DNA of 64,000 nucleotides from Gammaproteobacteria bacterium. GTDB lineage: Bacteria > Pseudomonadota > Gammaproteobacteria > Eutrophobiales > Eutrophobiaceae. Both the position numbers and the translations under genes were made by a program. The stretch spans positions 3,707,967-3,771,966 of the forward strand of contig CBDEUD010000003.1 of assembly GCA_965243115.1 (NCBI GenBank), given 5' to 3'. The first letter of the stretch is position 1, and the number at the start of each line of letters is the position of its first letter. Positions 9,701-17,515 of the stretch are shown here, piece after piece. The notes under the pieces are model-generated. The model was given only the letters and a program-made list of their open reading frames with translations. It was not told the DNA's origin and did not search any database.

Positions 9701-12700
9701 AGATTACGGGCGAGGCGCGGGTGAGCCAGACCCTGACGGCGACCAAGGGCACGATTGACGACGACAACGGAACAACCGAGGCCGACAACGGCACCGCGGG
9801 CTACGCCTATACCTACCAGTGGTACCGGGTGGACCCGGACGGCGTGAGCAACGCCGTCGAGGTGGGGTCGGACCAGGACAGCTACACGCTGGTGGCGGCG
9901 GATGCCGGCAAGAAGATCAGGGTGCAGGTGAGTTTCCTCGACGATGGCGGAGTTGCCGAGGGGCCGCTGGAGAGCGCCGCCTACCCGCCTACGGGGACAA
10001 TCCGGGCCAATAATGCGGCAGGCCAGCCGACGATTTCGGGCCAGCCGCACGTGGGCGAGACACTGACTGCGGACACCAGCGGCATCACGGATCCGGACAA
10101 CACCCCCGGGGTGGCCATCACCTATAACTACCAGTGGTACCGGGTGGACCCGGACGGCGTGAGCAACGCCGCCGAGGTGGGGTCGGACCAGGACAGCTAC
10201 GAGTTGGTAGCGGCGGATGCGGGCAAGAAGATCGTAGTAACGGTGAAATTCAAGGATGAACAAGGCAACGACGAGGGGCCGCTGGAGAGCGTGGCGTTTC
10301 CGCGGCTCGGAACCGTCAGGGATGCCAACAACCCCGCCACGGGCAAGCCCGCCATCAGCGGCGCGGCGCAGGTGGGCGAGACCCTGACGGCCTTGACCGG
10401 CGGCGTCTCCGACCTCGACGGCAAGACGAAGGCGGACAACGGCGATACCGGCTACGCCTGGACCTACCAGTGGTTCCGGGTCGATGCCGACGGCACTACG
10501 AACAAGACCGCGATCACCAATGCGACCTCGGACACCTACACCCTGACCGGCGCCGAGGACGGCAAGAAGGTCATCGTGGAAGTAAGCTTCACCGATGACG
10601 CCGGCAACGCCGAAGGGCCGCTGGCCAGCGACGCCTGGCCCGCCGGGACCAGGACGATCGCCACCTGCGACGCGGTCTGGTGCGGAACCCTGACGGTGCG
10701 GGGCCTCGACGGGGGCCACCGTGGCTGCGCGAACTCCCAAGCGGCTGCCAGGAGGTGCTCGAACGCGTCGAACCTGGACGAGGACGAGTTCACGCACGCT
10801 ATGGCCGACTATGCGGTCACCTCGATCCAGGTCCGGTCCAGCGGGCAGCTCCAGCTCTGGATCAGTCCCCAGCTCACGACCCAGTCGCTGGCGCTGCATA
10901 TCGGCGCCGCGGCGTTCCCCTTCCGGGACGCGCACACCGAGGACACGAATGACCGTCGCTGGAACAATTCCGGGCTGAGCTGGTCGGTGGGTGAACAGGT
11001 CTACCTGGAACTGCGGGAGGACACCGAGGCGCCGGCGTTCAGCTCGGCGGCGGTGAACGGCGCGGCGCTGGTCATCACGTTTGACGAGACCCTGGTCGAG
11101 ACGACGAACCTGGCCAACAGCGCGTTCACAGTGAAGGTGGGCGGCAGCGATGTGGGTCTGACCGGCACGCCGTCCGTCAGCGGCGCCACAGTGACGCTGA
11201 CGCTGGCCACTGCGGTGGCGCACAGCGACACGGTGACGGTGAGCTACACCAAGCCTGCGACGGGCAGCAACAACAAGCTGCAGGATGTGGCGGACAACGA
11301 GGTGGAGAACTTCACCGACGAGGCGGTGGACAACATCACCAACGCCGCGGCGACGGGCAAGCCCGCCATCACCGGCACGGCAGCGGTGGGTGAGACCCTG
11401 GCCGCGGGGGCAGGCACCATAGCCGACGACAACGGGCTGCCGGCCACGTTCCCGGACGATTACAGTTTCCAGTGGCACCGGGTCGATGCAGACGGCACTA
11501 CCAACAAGACCGCCATCACCGGTGCGACCTCAAGCACCTACACCCTGGCTGCCACCGAAGAGGACAAGAAGGTCATCGTGGCGGTGAGCTTCACGGACGG
11601 TGACGGTCACGCCGAGACGCTCGAGAGCGATGCGCATCCGTCCGTGGGCACCGTTACCGTGGCCGACAGCACGGCGCCGGCGTTCAGTTCGGCAACAGTA
11701 GGCGGGACGGCGCTCGTCATCACCTTTGACGAGGCCCTGGCGGCGGCGAACCTGGCGAACGGCGCGTTCACGGTGAAGGTGAACGGCAGCGGAGTGACCC
11801 TGACCGGAACACCGAGCATCAGCGACGACACGGTGACGCTGACCCTAGCCAGTGCGGTGGCGCACGACGACACGGTGACGGTGAGCTACGCGAAGCCCGC
11901 GACGGACAACAGCAACCGGCTGGAGGACGCCGAGGGCAACGAGACCGCAAGCTTCACCGACGAGACGGTGACCAACAACACGGCGGATACCGACGCGCCG
12001 GCGTTCGTCTCAGCGGCGGTGGACGGGGCCTCGCTGGTGATCATCTTTACCGAGGCCCTGGCCGCGGCGGCGAACCTGGCCAATGACGCGTTCACGGTGA
12101 AGACGACGCCGTCCGGGGGCAACGAGCAGACGTTGACACTGGCCGTAACGCCGACAATCAGCGTCGCCACGGTGACGCTGACCTTGGCGAGTGCCGTGGC
12201 GCACGACGACACGGTGACGGTGAGCTACGCCAAGCCGGGAACGGACAACAACAACCGGCTGGAGGACGCCGACGGCAACGAGACGGCAAGCTTCTCCGAT
12301 GAGCCGGTGACCAACAACACCGCAGACACCGAGGCGCCGGCGTTTGCATCGGCGACGGTGGACGGGACGGCGCTGGTGCTCACCTTTACTGAGGCCCTGG
12401 CCGCGGCGCCGAACCTGGCGAACAGCGCGTTCACGGTGAAGAAGACCCAGGCAGGCGGCAATGAGCAGACGGTGACGTTGACCGCGTCACCGAGCATCAG
12501 CGGCGCCACGGTGGCGCTGACCCTGGCCGGTGCGGTGGCGCACGACGACGCGGTGACGGTGAGCTACACCAAGCCGGCGACAGACAACAGCAACCGGCTG
12601 GAGGATGCCGACGGCAACGAGACGGCGGGCTTCACCGACGAGCCGGTGACCAACAACACGGCCGACACCACGGCGCCGAAGTTTGCATCGGCGGAGGTGA

Positions 12701-15700
12701 ACGGCACATCACTCGTCATCACCTTCGATGAGGCCCTGGCCGCGGCGCCGAACCTTGCAAACAACGCGTTCGTGGTGAGGAAATCGCCGTTAAGTGGCGG
12801 TTCTTTTGAGGATATGGACCTGAGCGGGACGCCATCCATCAGCGGGACGACGGTGACGCTGACCCTGGCCAGTGCGGTGGCGCACGACGACGTGGTGACG
12901 GTGCGCTACGCCAGGCCTGGGGCGGACGACAACAACCGGCTGGAGGACGCCGCCGGCAACGAAGTGGAATCCTTCATCGATGTTGCGGTCAACAACACGC
13001 CGGGAGTGATATTGAGCCAGACGGCGCTGTCGGTGAACGAAGGCGGCACGGCAACCTACTCGGTGAAGCTGGCCGTGCAGCCGAGCGGGACGGTGACGGT
13101 GAGGATCGGGGGGACGACGACAGTCGTGACGGTGAACAAGAGCACCCTGGATTTCACGACGGGGAACTGGGCCACGGCGCAAACGGTGAGAGTACGCGCG
13201 GCGCAGGATGCGGACGCCATCAACGACGAGGTGACGCTGACGCACACGGCGTCCGGCGGCGGCTACGACGGGGTGGCCATCGACAGCGTTGAGGTAACGG
13301 TGAGAGACGACGACCGCAGCGTGACGGTGACGCCGACGACGCTGCCGGTGGACGAGGGCGGCACGGCAACCTACACGGTGAAGCTGGACGGGCAGCCGAA
13401 CGGGACGGTAACGGTGACGATCGGTGGGATGTCGGGCACGGACGTGAGGGTGGATGACGACACGCTGGATTTCACGACGACGGACTGGAACACGGCGCAG
13501 ACGGTGACGGTAACGGCGGCGCAGGATGCGGACGCGGTGGATGACGAGGTGACGCTGACGCACACGGCATCGGGCGGCGGCTTCAATGGGGTAGCCATCG
13601 ACAACGTCGTGGTGATGGTGACGGACACTACTGCGCCCGCCGACCCCGACAGGTGCGACTCCTCCCCCGGGACAATGCGGCTTATGGGAGGCAACGATCG
13701 CGAAATGCATGGGGGGCGTTATATTGAAGGACGCCTGGAAATTTGCGCGGTGCACCCTGACAGAGGCGCCGTTTGGGGCACTATATGTGATGACTACTGG
13801 ACGAACGATGAAGCGAACGTGGCATGCCGGGGGTTGGGTTTCCCCAACGGCTCCGTACCGGGGGGAGGGCAGTTCCTGCGCTCGTACTTCGGCCCGGGGA
13901 CACTGGATATCCTGCTGGATGACCTGTTGTGCATGGGGAACGAGGGGAGTCTCCTGGAATGCCCGACGTCACGCGGCAGCCGGGCCGGGGATTACGTCGG
14001 CCGGCACAATTGCCGGTTGACCGAAACCGTCGGCGTGCGCTGCCAGACGGAGGCGCCCATTCTGTCGGTGGCCGACGTCGAGGCACAGGAGGGTACGGAT
14101 ACGTCGCTGGAATTTACTGTGCGTCTGGACCGGGCGGCCTCGCAGGTCGTGACGGTGGACTACGCCACCGCTGACGGCACGGCGAAAGCGGGCGATGATT
14201 ACAGTACCGTGAGCGGGACGTTGAGGTTTGCGCCGGGCGAGACGGAAAAAATGGTCCAAGTCCGGCTGCTGGATGATTACATTGACGAGGAAAGGGAAAG
14301 GCTGAAACTGGTGCTTTCGAACGCCTCGGGGGCGGACTTTCCCGGCGGCGAGACGATGCTGACTGCGACGGGCACCATCATCAACAGCGACCCGATGCCC
14401 AAAGGCTGGCTGGCGCGTTTCGGCCGCACCAGCGCCACCCAGGTAACGGATATGCTGGGCGCACGGTTTGATGCAGCCGTTCCACCGGCCTCGCAACTGA
14501 CCCTGGGCGGGCGCCGCATACGCCTGCCTGGCGGGCAGGCCGGACGGGAACGGCCTGAACCGGCGCCGACCGGGACCGGCGGGGAGGACAGGGAGACCGC
14601 TGAGAACGCTGAAACCGCTGAGAACACCGAGAACACTCGGAATACCGAGAATACTGAGAATACTGAGAATACAGCCAACCTCGCTATGTCCGGCCGCCTG
14701 CGCGGTAGCGCTGAGACAGAGCGGGTGGATGGCGCTGACGTCCGGACGGCGGACGGGCGCCATCCGTCACCGGTGCGCCCTGCCGACGCTGCAGAAGATC
14801 TGAGCGGGTCGGCGGCCGGCGGGGCGCGCCATCCTAACCTGATCGAGCGGGCCGCCTGGGCGCTGCTGACCCGGCGCGAGTCCCTGTGGGACGTGGACCG
14901 GCGCCGGTTCCTGTCGCAGAGCAGCTTTAACCTGTCCCTGTCGGGGCAGGGCAGTGACGGGGACGAGGACGGCAGTGCGATGCAGCCGCCGGGCGGGCGC
15001 TGGTCGCTGTGGGGGCGGGGCGCGCTGACGCACTTCGGCGGACGCGAAGGCGAGGTGGGGATTGACGGCGACGTGCTGACCGGGCTGATGGGGCTGGATT
15101 ATACGGTCGACCGCTGGCTGGCCGGCGTGGCGCTGTCCTGGAGTGACGGCGACGGGCGCTACCGTTCGGAGTTGGGCAGCGGTACCGTGGACAGCCACCT
15201 GGCCGGGGTGTACCCGTACGGGCGCTATGCGCTTAGCGATAAGCTGTCGGTGTGGGGCGCGCTGGGCTACGGCCTGGGCGAGATGCGCCTGCAACGGCCC
15301 GGGGACCGGGAGCCTGCGGGGGAGGCGTTGGCGGCCGGCATCCACATGGGCATGGGTGCGACCGGCATCCAGGGCATCGTCTATGCGAGTGAAGCCACGG
15401 AACTGGCGGTGAAGTCGGACGTCCTGCTGGTACGCACATCCTCGGAGGCCGTCGAGGGCATGGCCGGGGTGGCAGCCGCCGCTGCGAGCCGCCTGCGGCT
15501 GCTGCTGAGCGGCCGCCACCAGCGGGCGCTGGCCAATGATGCGCTGCTCTCGCCTGAGTTCGAACTGGGTCTGCGTTACGATGGCGGCGCTGCCGAGACC
15601 GGTTTCGGCCTGGAGCTGGGCGGCGGGCTGCGTTATGCCGACCCGCTGCTGGGGTTGACGCTGGAGACCCGGGCCAAGGGGCTGCTTACCCATGAAGACG

Positions 15701-16104
15701 GCGGTTATGAAGAATGGGGGTTGTCCGGCAGCGTACAGGTCGACCCCGGCCGGGCCGGCCGCGGGCTCATGCTGCGGCTTGCCTCGGGCTGGGGCAGGAC
15801 GGCGAGCGGCACGCAGGCGTTATGGAACAGCAAGGGCGCGCGCGGCCTGGCGCCGCAGCAGGGCGGCGCCCCGGGGAGCCGGTTCAGCGCCGAGTGGAGC
15901 TATGGGCTGGACCTGCCGTGGCAGCGCGGGCTGTTGACGCCGTACGCCGGCGTTGAGATGGCCGGGCGCAGCCGCCGGTTGCGGCTGGGCTGGCGCTACG
16001 AGGTGGGGCAGTGGTTGAGCCTGAGCCTGGACGGTGAGCGCCGCGAGACGCCCCACTCACGGCCGCAGCACGGCCTGACGCTGCGATTGACGCTGCCCTG
16101 GTGA
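3742..16104 (+). CDS. Giant (4120 aa) modular autotransporter-like surface protein/adhesin: FN3, LRR, Calx-beta, SwmB-like, Ig-like, SRCR, beta-barrel
   Basis: Extended signal peptide ending LPVHA; FN3 (LAWDSP..HEYRY..YDFQVRAVN); LRRs (LTTLNLSDNEI, LQVLNLNNNRL, LQLIDLSNNRLTTLP); Calx-beta (VDYATADGTAKAGDDY); 9x 'AP.F.SA.V.G..LVITFDE.L..LQDAAGNE'; 7x 'ATG.P.ISG...VGETLTA..YQW.RVD'; SRCR; autotransporter-like barrel ending in W. Exact start codon uncertain. Confidence 0.85.
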   Translation: MVWKHNFQNCDVRSSSPLRARKRLKSGRALKRACARYPKVPSREAFRIVAATVALVLGLLSALPVHAATESRVVFHNWGRDEVSNWVLVDDYDGSVRIDSSNPGIGQEFTTGPGDFDPYVDAYLLTRLSLSVRNFSGNVTGIQLGGAIHIVNDDGTRGGIVRYMQHSGVLTVNDAFIFTPYDDRPILLQTHQRYMFVLECLNCVEGDERWVAFDTTRDDMDNDHRPSTNYAALGDCTKNGYGAVCDLFPPNHTGWEIGDYHVRSDEGWVHTNDNEHILITRGDAIWLYYPETPINLTELPSGKPGEVNLAWDSPERPEYEIPEAFDPGICCYGPVPPPPGIDPEITHHEYRYKLTDDQAWGEWTEIPHSAPGDHHANQTTIPGLRNGVPYDFQVRAVNEDGPSPPDSAVGMAGGELGICPRSPAVRDAIVDKISAVDDCAEVTADMLAGRGNIVDGELVGIELGGPASRLVIRASDYEYKYGDFFGLMGLTALELTGSPLSVITWEMFRDLTSLTTLNLSDNEICKIDAGALNHPVALEILFLNDNHLGDISACPGVDEPSMQGHVFNYLTSLQVLNLNNNRLSEQSFDYLDKTYAELPTFQKLTALREIRLRGNGLEDHHLQRSYDTGGNSVSIFTAHNPGGNEPSGLPDLQLIDLSNNRLTTLPDKIFFGLSNLSALHLDRNAADPMIMTVSLATDEQSRVKAMMPTGAPFTVILPVNVADGSIADGANALAIPTGAVESQAFPVISNTRTVQDPAVSIASLPALPGSHTGYELRDADADEQPPFEADLPAFSITAAYGNEGDGEVPGEYELPSGEIEFTITLSRALTEGEGDARVSYATSVESGQTATSGEDFAMTRGSKLFVSAIEGIREGTTKRTFSVRLVDDYVTEGVETFTVTLSDPTPNARLDENRKSAVGYIIEESAVPVLIIDDASGDEGSGTVDFTITMSRPSWYDTMVQYSTSVENGQTATPETDFTTVTGATATITAHTTTTTVSIPVANDNEEEPQETFTVTLSEPSTDTYSAPELGPGPLRSAVGTILDDDGVAPNFVSAAVDGTTLVLTYGEALDEDSTPDKRAYTVHADGGAGSAPAAVDISGSEVTLTLATAVRFGQVVTLSYEVPAENPVQDVAGYDAAGLTDEPVANNTVDTEAPVVDLATVDGTALVITFDEDLDEAATPANSAFTVKVGGTPVDLSSTTPPSISGATVTLTLASGVADDDTVTVSYVKPADTNNLLQDAAGNETESFTDEPVTNNTADTEAPEFASAVVYGTTLDIIFTETLDEAAAPDLANSAFKVNKTPFGGSEEPVTLTGTPSISGATVTLTLASTVADDDRVTVSYEKPVTGTNNRLQDAAGNETESFTDEPVTIDNTPAEGRPDICGSMEVGQILTPDPIGGMCEAGELLTPNNQRDEHGNPRPPEEHTPNGITDTDGKTNADSGIAGYAYRYRWIRLDANGRSNPTVVAVDQDTYTLVAADEGKRFRVQARFTDDKGNAEGPLTSFPTRHSPDMPGLVTGDVTAPEPLSAAVTGAALVITFDETLAAAPNLANSAFAVKKTPAGGSEQTVDLSGTPGTSGATVTLTLDAPVAASDTGITVSYTKPATGSGNKLQDAAGNEVEDFTDEPVTNSAGNNAASGQPTISGAPEAGLTLTAGIGDITDGDGLPGAFPDDYRLQWIRVDADGSSNPMHVGSDQASYTLVGDDVDKRIKLEVRFTDALGNAEGPLTGDLTDAIVRPSLTARFVPPEQTVIEGENATVTLEIDVSRQPDGIVNYRVFAHEGNAIPVDDYTPVRVVLEGVPVADFTRQNDGSYRYERTYELSTLKDALVEGEEYFYFNIEHLSVSGHGYYSTTVEGDEKGALIKIQELAPATGRPGIEGAPHLGETLTATKGTIDDGNGTTRADNGDAGYAYTYQWYRVDPDDNSARTEINGATSQTYTLTDDEQGKKVIVDVSFRDDLGTDEGPLASEAYPGGVGKIGVGNATGAPKITGEARVSQTLTATKGTIDDDNGTTEADNGTAGYAYTYQWYRVDPDGVSNAVEVGSDQDSYTLVAADAGKKIRVQVSFLDDGGVAEGPLESAAYPPTGTIRANNAAGQPTISGQPHVGETLTADTSGITDPDNTPGVAITYNYQWYRVDPDGVSNAAEVGSDQDSYELVAADAGKKIVVTVKFKDEQGNDEGPLESVAFPRLGTVRDANNPATGKPAISGAAQVGETLTALTGGVSDLDGKTKADNGDTGYAWTYQWFRVDADGTTNKTAITNATSDTYTLTGAEDGKKVIVEVSFTDDAGNAEGPLASDAWPAGTRTIATCDAVWCGTLTVRGLDGGHRGCANSQAAARRCSNASNLDEDEFTHAMADYAVTSIQVRSSGQLQLWISPQLTTQSLALHIGAAAFPFRDAHTEDTNDRRWNNSGLSWSVGEQVYLELREDTEAPAFSSAAVNGAALVITFDETLVETTNLANSAFTVKVGGSDVGLTGTPSVSGATVTLTLATAVAHSDTVTVSYTKPATGSNNKLQDVADNEVENFTDEAVDNITNAAATGKPAITGTAAVGETLAAGAGTIADDNGLPATFPDDYSFQWHRVDADGTTNKTAITGATSSTYTLAATEEDKKVIVAVSFTDGDGHAETLESDAHPSVGTVTVADSTAPAFSSATVGGTALVITFDEALAAANLANGAFTVKVNGSGVTLTGTPSISDDTVTLTLASAVAHDDTVTVSYAKPATDNSNRLEDAEGNETASFTDETVTNNTADTDAPAFVSAAVDGASLVIIFTEALAAAANLANDAFTVKTTPSGGNEQTLTLAVTPTISVATVTLTLASAVAHDDTVTVSYAKPGTDNNNRLEDADGNETASFSDEPVTNNTADTEAPAFASATVDGTALVLTFTEALAAAPNLANSAFTVKKTQAGGNEQTVTLTASPSISGATVALTLAGAVAHDDAVTVSYTKPATDNSNRLEDADGNETAGFTDEPVTNNTADTTAPKFASAEVNGTSLVITFDEALAAAPNLANNAFVVRKSPLSGGSFEDMDLSGTPSISGTTVTLTLASAVAHDDVVTVRYARPGADDNNRLEDAAGNEVESFIDVAVNNTPGVILSQTALSVNEGGTATYSVKLAVQPSGTVTVRIGGTTTVVTVNKSTLDFTTGNWATAQTVRVRAAQDADAINDEVTLTHTASGGGYDGVAIDSVEVTVRDDDRSVTVTPTTLPVDEGGTATYTVKLDGQPNGTVTVTIGGMSGTDVRVDDDTLDFTTTDWNTAQTVTVTAAQDADAVDDEVTLTHTASGGGFNGVAIDNVVVMVTDTTAPADPDRCDSSPGTMRLMGGNDREMHGGRYIEGRLEICAVHPDRGAVWGTICDDYWTNDEANVACRGLGFPNGSVPGGGQFLRSYFGPGTLDILLDDLLCMGNEGSLLECPTSRGSRAGDYVGRHNCRLTETVGVRCQTEAPILSVADVEAQEGTDTSLEFTVRLDRAASQVVTVDYATADGTAKAGDDYSTVSGTLRFAPGETEKMVQVRLLDDYIDEERERLKLVLSNASGADFPGGETMLTATGTIINSDPMPKGWLARFGRTSATQVTDMLGARFDAAVPPASQLTLGGRRIRLPGGQAGRERPEPAPTGTGGEDRETAENAETAENTENTRNTENTENTENTANLAMSGRLRGSAETERVDGADVRTADGRHPSPVRPADAAEDLSGSAAGGARHPNLIERAAWALLTRRESLWDVDRRRFLSQSSFNLSLSGQGSDGDEDGSAMQPPGGRWSLWGRGALTHFGGREGEVGIDGDVLTGLMGLDYTVDRWLAGVALSWSDGDGRYRSELGSGTVDSHLAGVYPYGRYALSDKLSVWGALGYGLGEMRLQRPGDREPAGEALAAGIHMGMGATGIQGIVYASEATELAVKSDVLLVRTSSEAVEGMAGVAAAAASRLRLLLSGRHQRALANDALLSPEFELGLRYDGGAAETGFGLELGGGLRYADPLLGLTLETRAKGLLTHEDGGYEEWGLSGSVQVDPGRAGRGLMLRLASGWGRTASGTQALWNSKGARGLAPQQGGAPGSRFSAEWSYGLDLPWQRGLLTPYAGVEMAGRSRRLRLGWRYEVGQWLSLSLDGERRETPHSRPQHGLTLRLTLPW
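14593..14676 (+). repeat. Degenerate in-frame 9-bp tandem repeat (ACTGAGAAT-like; encodes ETAENAETAENTENTRNTENTENTENT) in the passenger-barrel linker
   Basis: About 9 consecutive 9-nt units read directly from the sequence. Confidence 0.8.
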
Positions 16105-16150
16105 TCGAGGTGGCTTTTTGTTGTCCGATGCGGCAAGTGTCTTGTTTTTA

Positions 16151-16237
16151 CGGAGAGGGTGGGATTCGAACCCACGGTACGCCGAGGCGTACAACAGATT
16201 TCGAGTCTGCCCCATTCAACCACTCTGGCACCTCTCC
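16151..16237 (-). tRNA. tRNA-Ser(CGA), long variable arm, 3' CCA not encoded
   Basis: Reverse complement GGAGAGGTGCCAGAGTGGTTGAATGGGGCAGACT-CGA-AATCTGTTGTACGCCTCGGCGTACCGTGGGTTCGAATCCCACCCTCTCCG: acceptor stem, GGTTCGAATCC T-loop, discriminator G followed by TAA. Confidence 0.95.
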
Positions 16238-16268
16238 AGGGCGTCAAGTTTAACTCATTATAACCGGG

Positions 16269-17513
16269 TCAGTCTTCCAGGCTGTACACGACCAGGCCGC
16301 TGCGCAGCTTCGGTTCGAACCAGGTAGCCTTGGGCGGCATGAGCCTGCCTGAATCGGAGATATCCATGAGTTCTTGTATGGATACCGGGCAGAGGGCAAA
16401 GGCAACGGCCATCTCGCCACTGTCCACCCTGCCCTGCAGTTCCCCCAGGCCGCGCGCACCGCCGACAAAGTCGATGCGGCGATCAGTCCTCTGGTCATGA
16501 ATATCGAGGATGGATTGCAGGACCAGGTCCGACAGGATACTGACGCCCAGGGCCGCCCTGACATCGGTGGGATCATACTTGCCGGACCGTACAATGAGAC
16601 GGTACCAGTCACCTGCCAGGTACATACCCGTCTCATTATGCTGCACAGGCCTGACGGGCCGGTTTCCGGTCTTTTCAACGGAGAACGAGGTTTCCAGTTC
16701 CTGGAGAAATTTCTCCTTTTCCAGGCCGTTAAGGTCGGCGACCAGGCGGTTGTAGTCGAGAATTTCCAGCTGGTTGTCGGGAAAATGCACCGCGAGAAAA
16801 TAATTATGCCCGGGATCGGCTCCATCCCGTGCGCCCTGCTCGTTTAATTCCCGGCTGACTACGGCAGCGGCGGCGGTGCGGTGATGGCCGTCCGCCACAT
16901 AGGTTGCAGGGACACGGGAAAACGCCAGGATAAGCGCCGCTACGGTCTCAGGCTTGTCTACTATCCAAAAGCGGTGCCGCACCTCATCCGCGTCGATAAA
17001 ATCGTACTGCGGTTCTGATGTCCGGACTGTTTCGACCAGGTCATCGATATTCCTGTCATAGCGGTAGGCAAACATGACCGGCTCGGCGTTGAGCATGGTT
17101 GTGCGGATATGATTTACGCGATCGGTTTCCTTGTCGGGCCGGGTCTGTTCGTGTGTTCTGATAGTGCCGTTTACGTAATCCTCCACGGCGGCAGCGGCAA
17201 CAATGCCCGTTTTGGTGCGTCTATCCCGGCACATCTCGTAGATATACAGGCTTTCATGCTCATCACGTACAAATGTTCCATTGTCGAGCAAGGCCTGGAA
17301 ATTCGCTGCCGCGGCGCGGTAGACAGCGGAGCCGTACGGATCGGCGCCCGGGGGGAAGCCGATTTCCGGTTTGACGACATTCAGAAAGGAATACGGGTTT
17401 CCGGCCGCCTCCTGCCTGGCTTCTGCGGTGGTCAATACGTCGTAGGGCCGTGATGCGACCTTGTGAATTTGCTCCTTGACCGGGCGGTAGCCCCGGAACG
17501 CCTTGATCCGCAT
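16269..17513 (-). CDS. DUF1015 family protein (often linked to serine biosynthesis genes)
   Basis: ASRPYDV, IRTHEQT, YVADGHHRTAAA and MPPKATWFEPKLRSGL motifs. Lies directly downstream of serA. Confidence 0.9.
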   Translation of the reverse strand: MRIKAFRGYRPVKEQIHKVASRPYDVLTTAEARQEAAGNPYSFLNVVKPEIGFPPGADPYGSAVYRAAAANFQALLDNGTFVRDEHESLYIYEMCRDRRTKTGIVAAAAVEDYVNGTIRTHEQTRPDKETDRVNHIRTTMLNAEPVMFAYRYDRNIDDLVETVRTSEPQYDFIDADEVRHRFWIVDKPETVAALILAFSRVPATYVADGHHRTAAAAVVSRELNEQGARDGADPGHNYFLAVHFPDNQLEILDYNRLVADLNGLEKEKFLQELETSFSVEKTGNRPVRPVQHNETGMYLAGDWYRLIVRSGKYDPTDVRAALGVSILSDLVLQSILDIHDQRTDRRIDFVGGARGLGELQGRVDSGEMAVAFALCPVSIQELMDISDSGRLMPPKATWFEPKLRSGLVVYSLED

Positions 17514-17515
17514 AC

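Noticed and set aside
9613-11478. 621-aa minus-strand ORF and other antisense ORFs in the giant gene
   Set aside because: They mirror the biased codon usage of the repeat stalk and have no independent features.
3742-16104. Diversity-generating retroelement targeting the adhesin
   Set aside because: No reverse transcriptase in the window, and repeat differences are not adenine-specific template/variable pairs.
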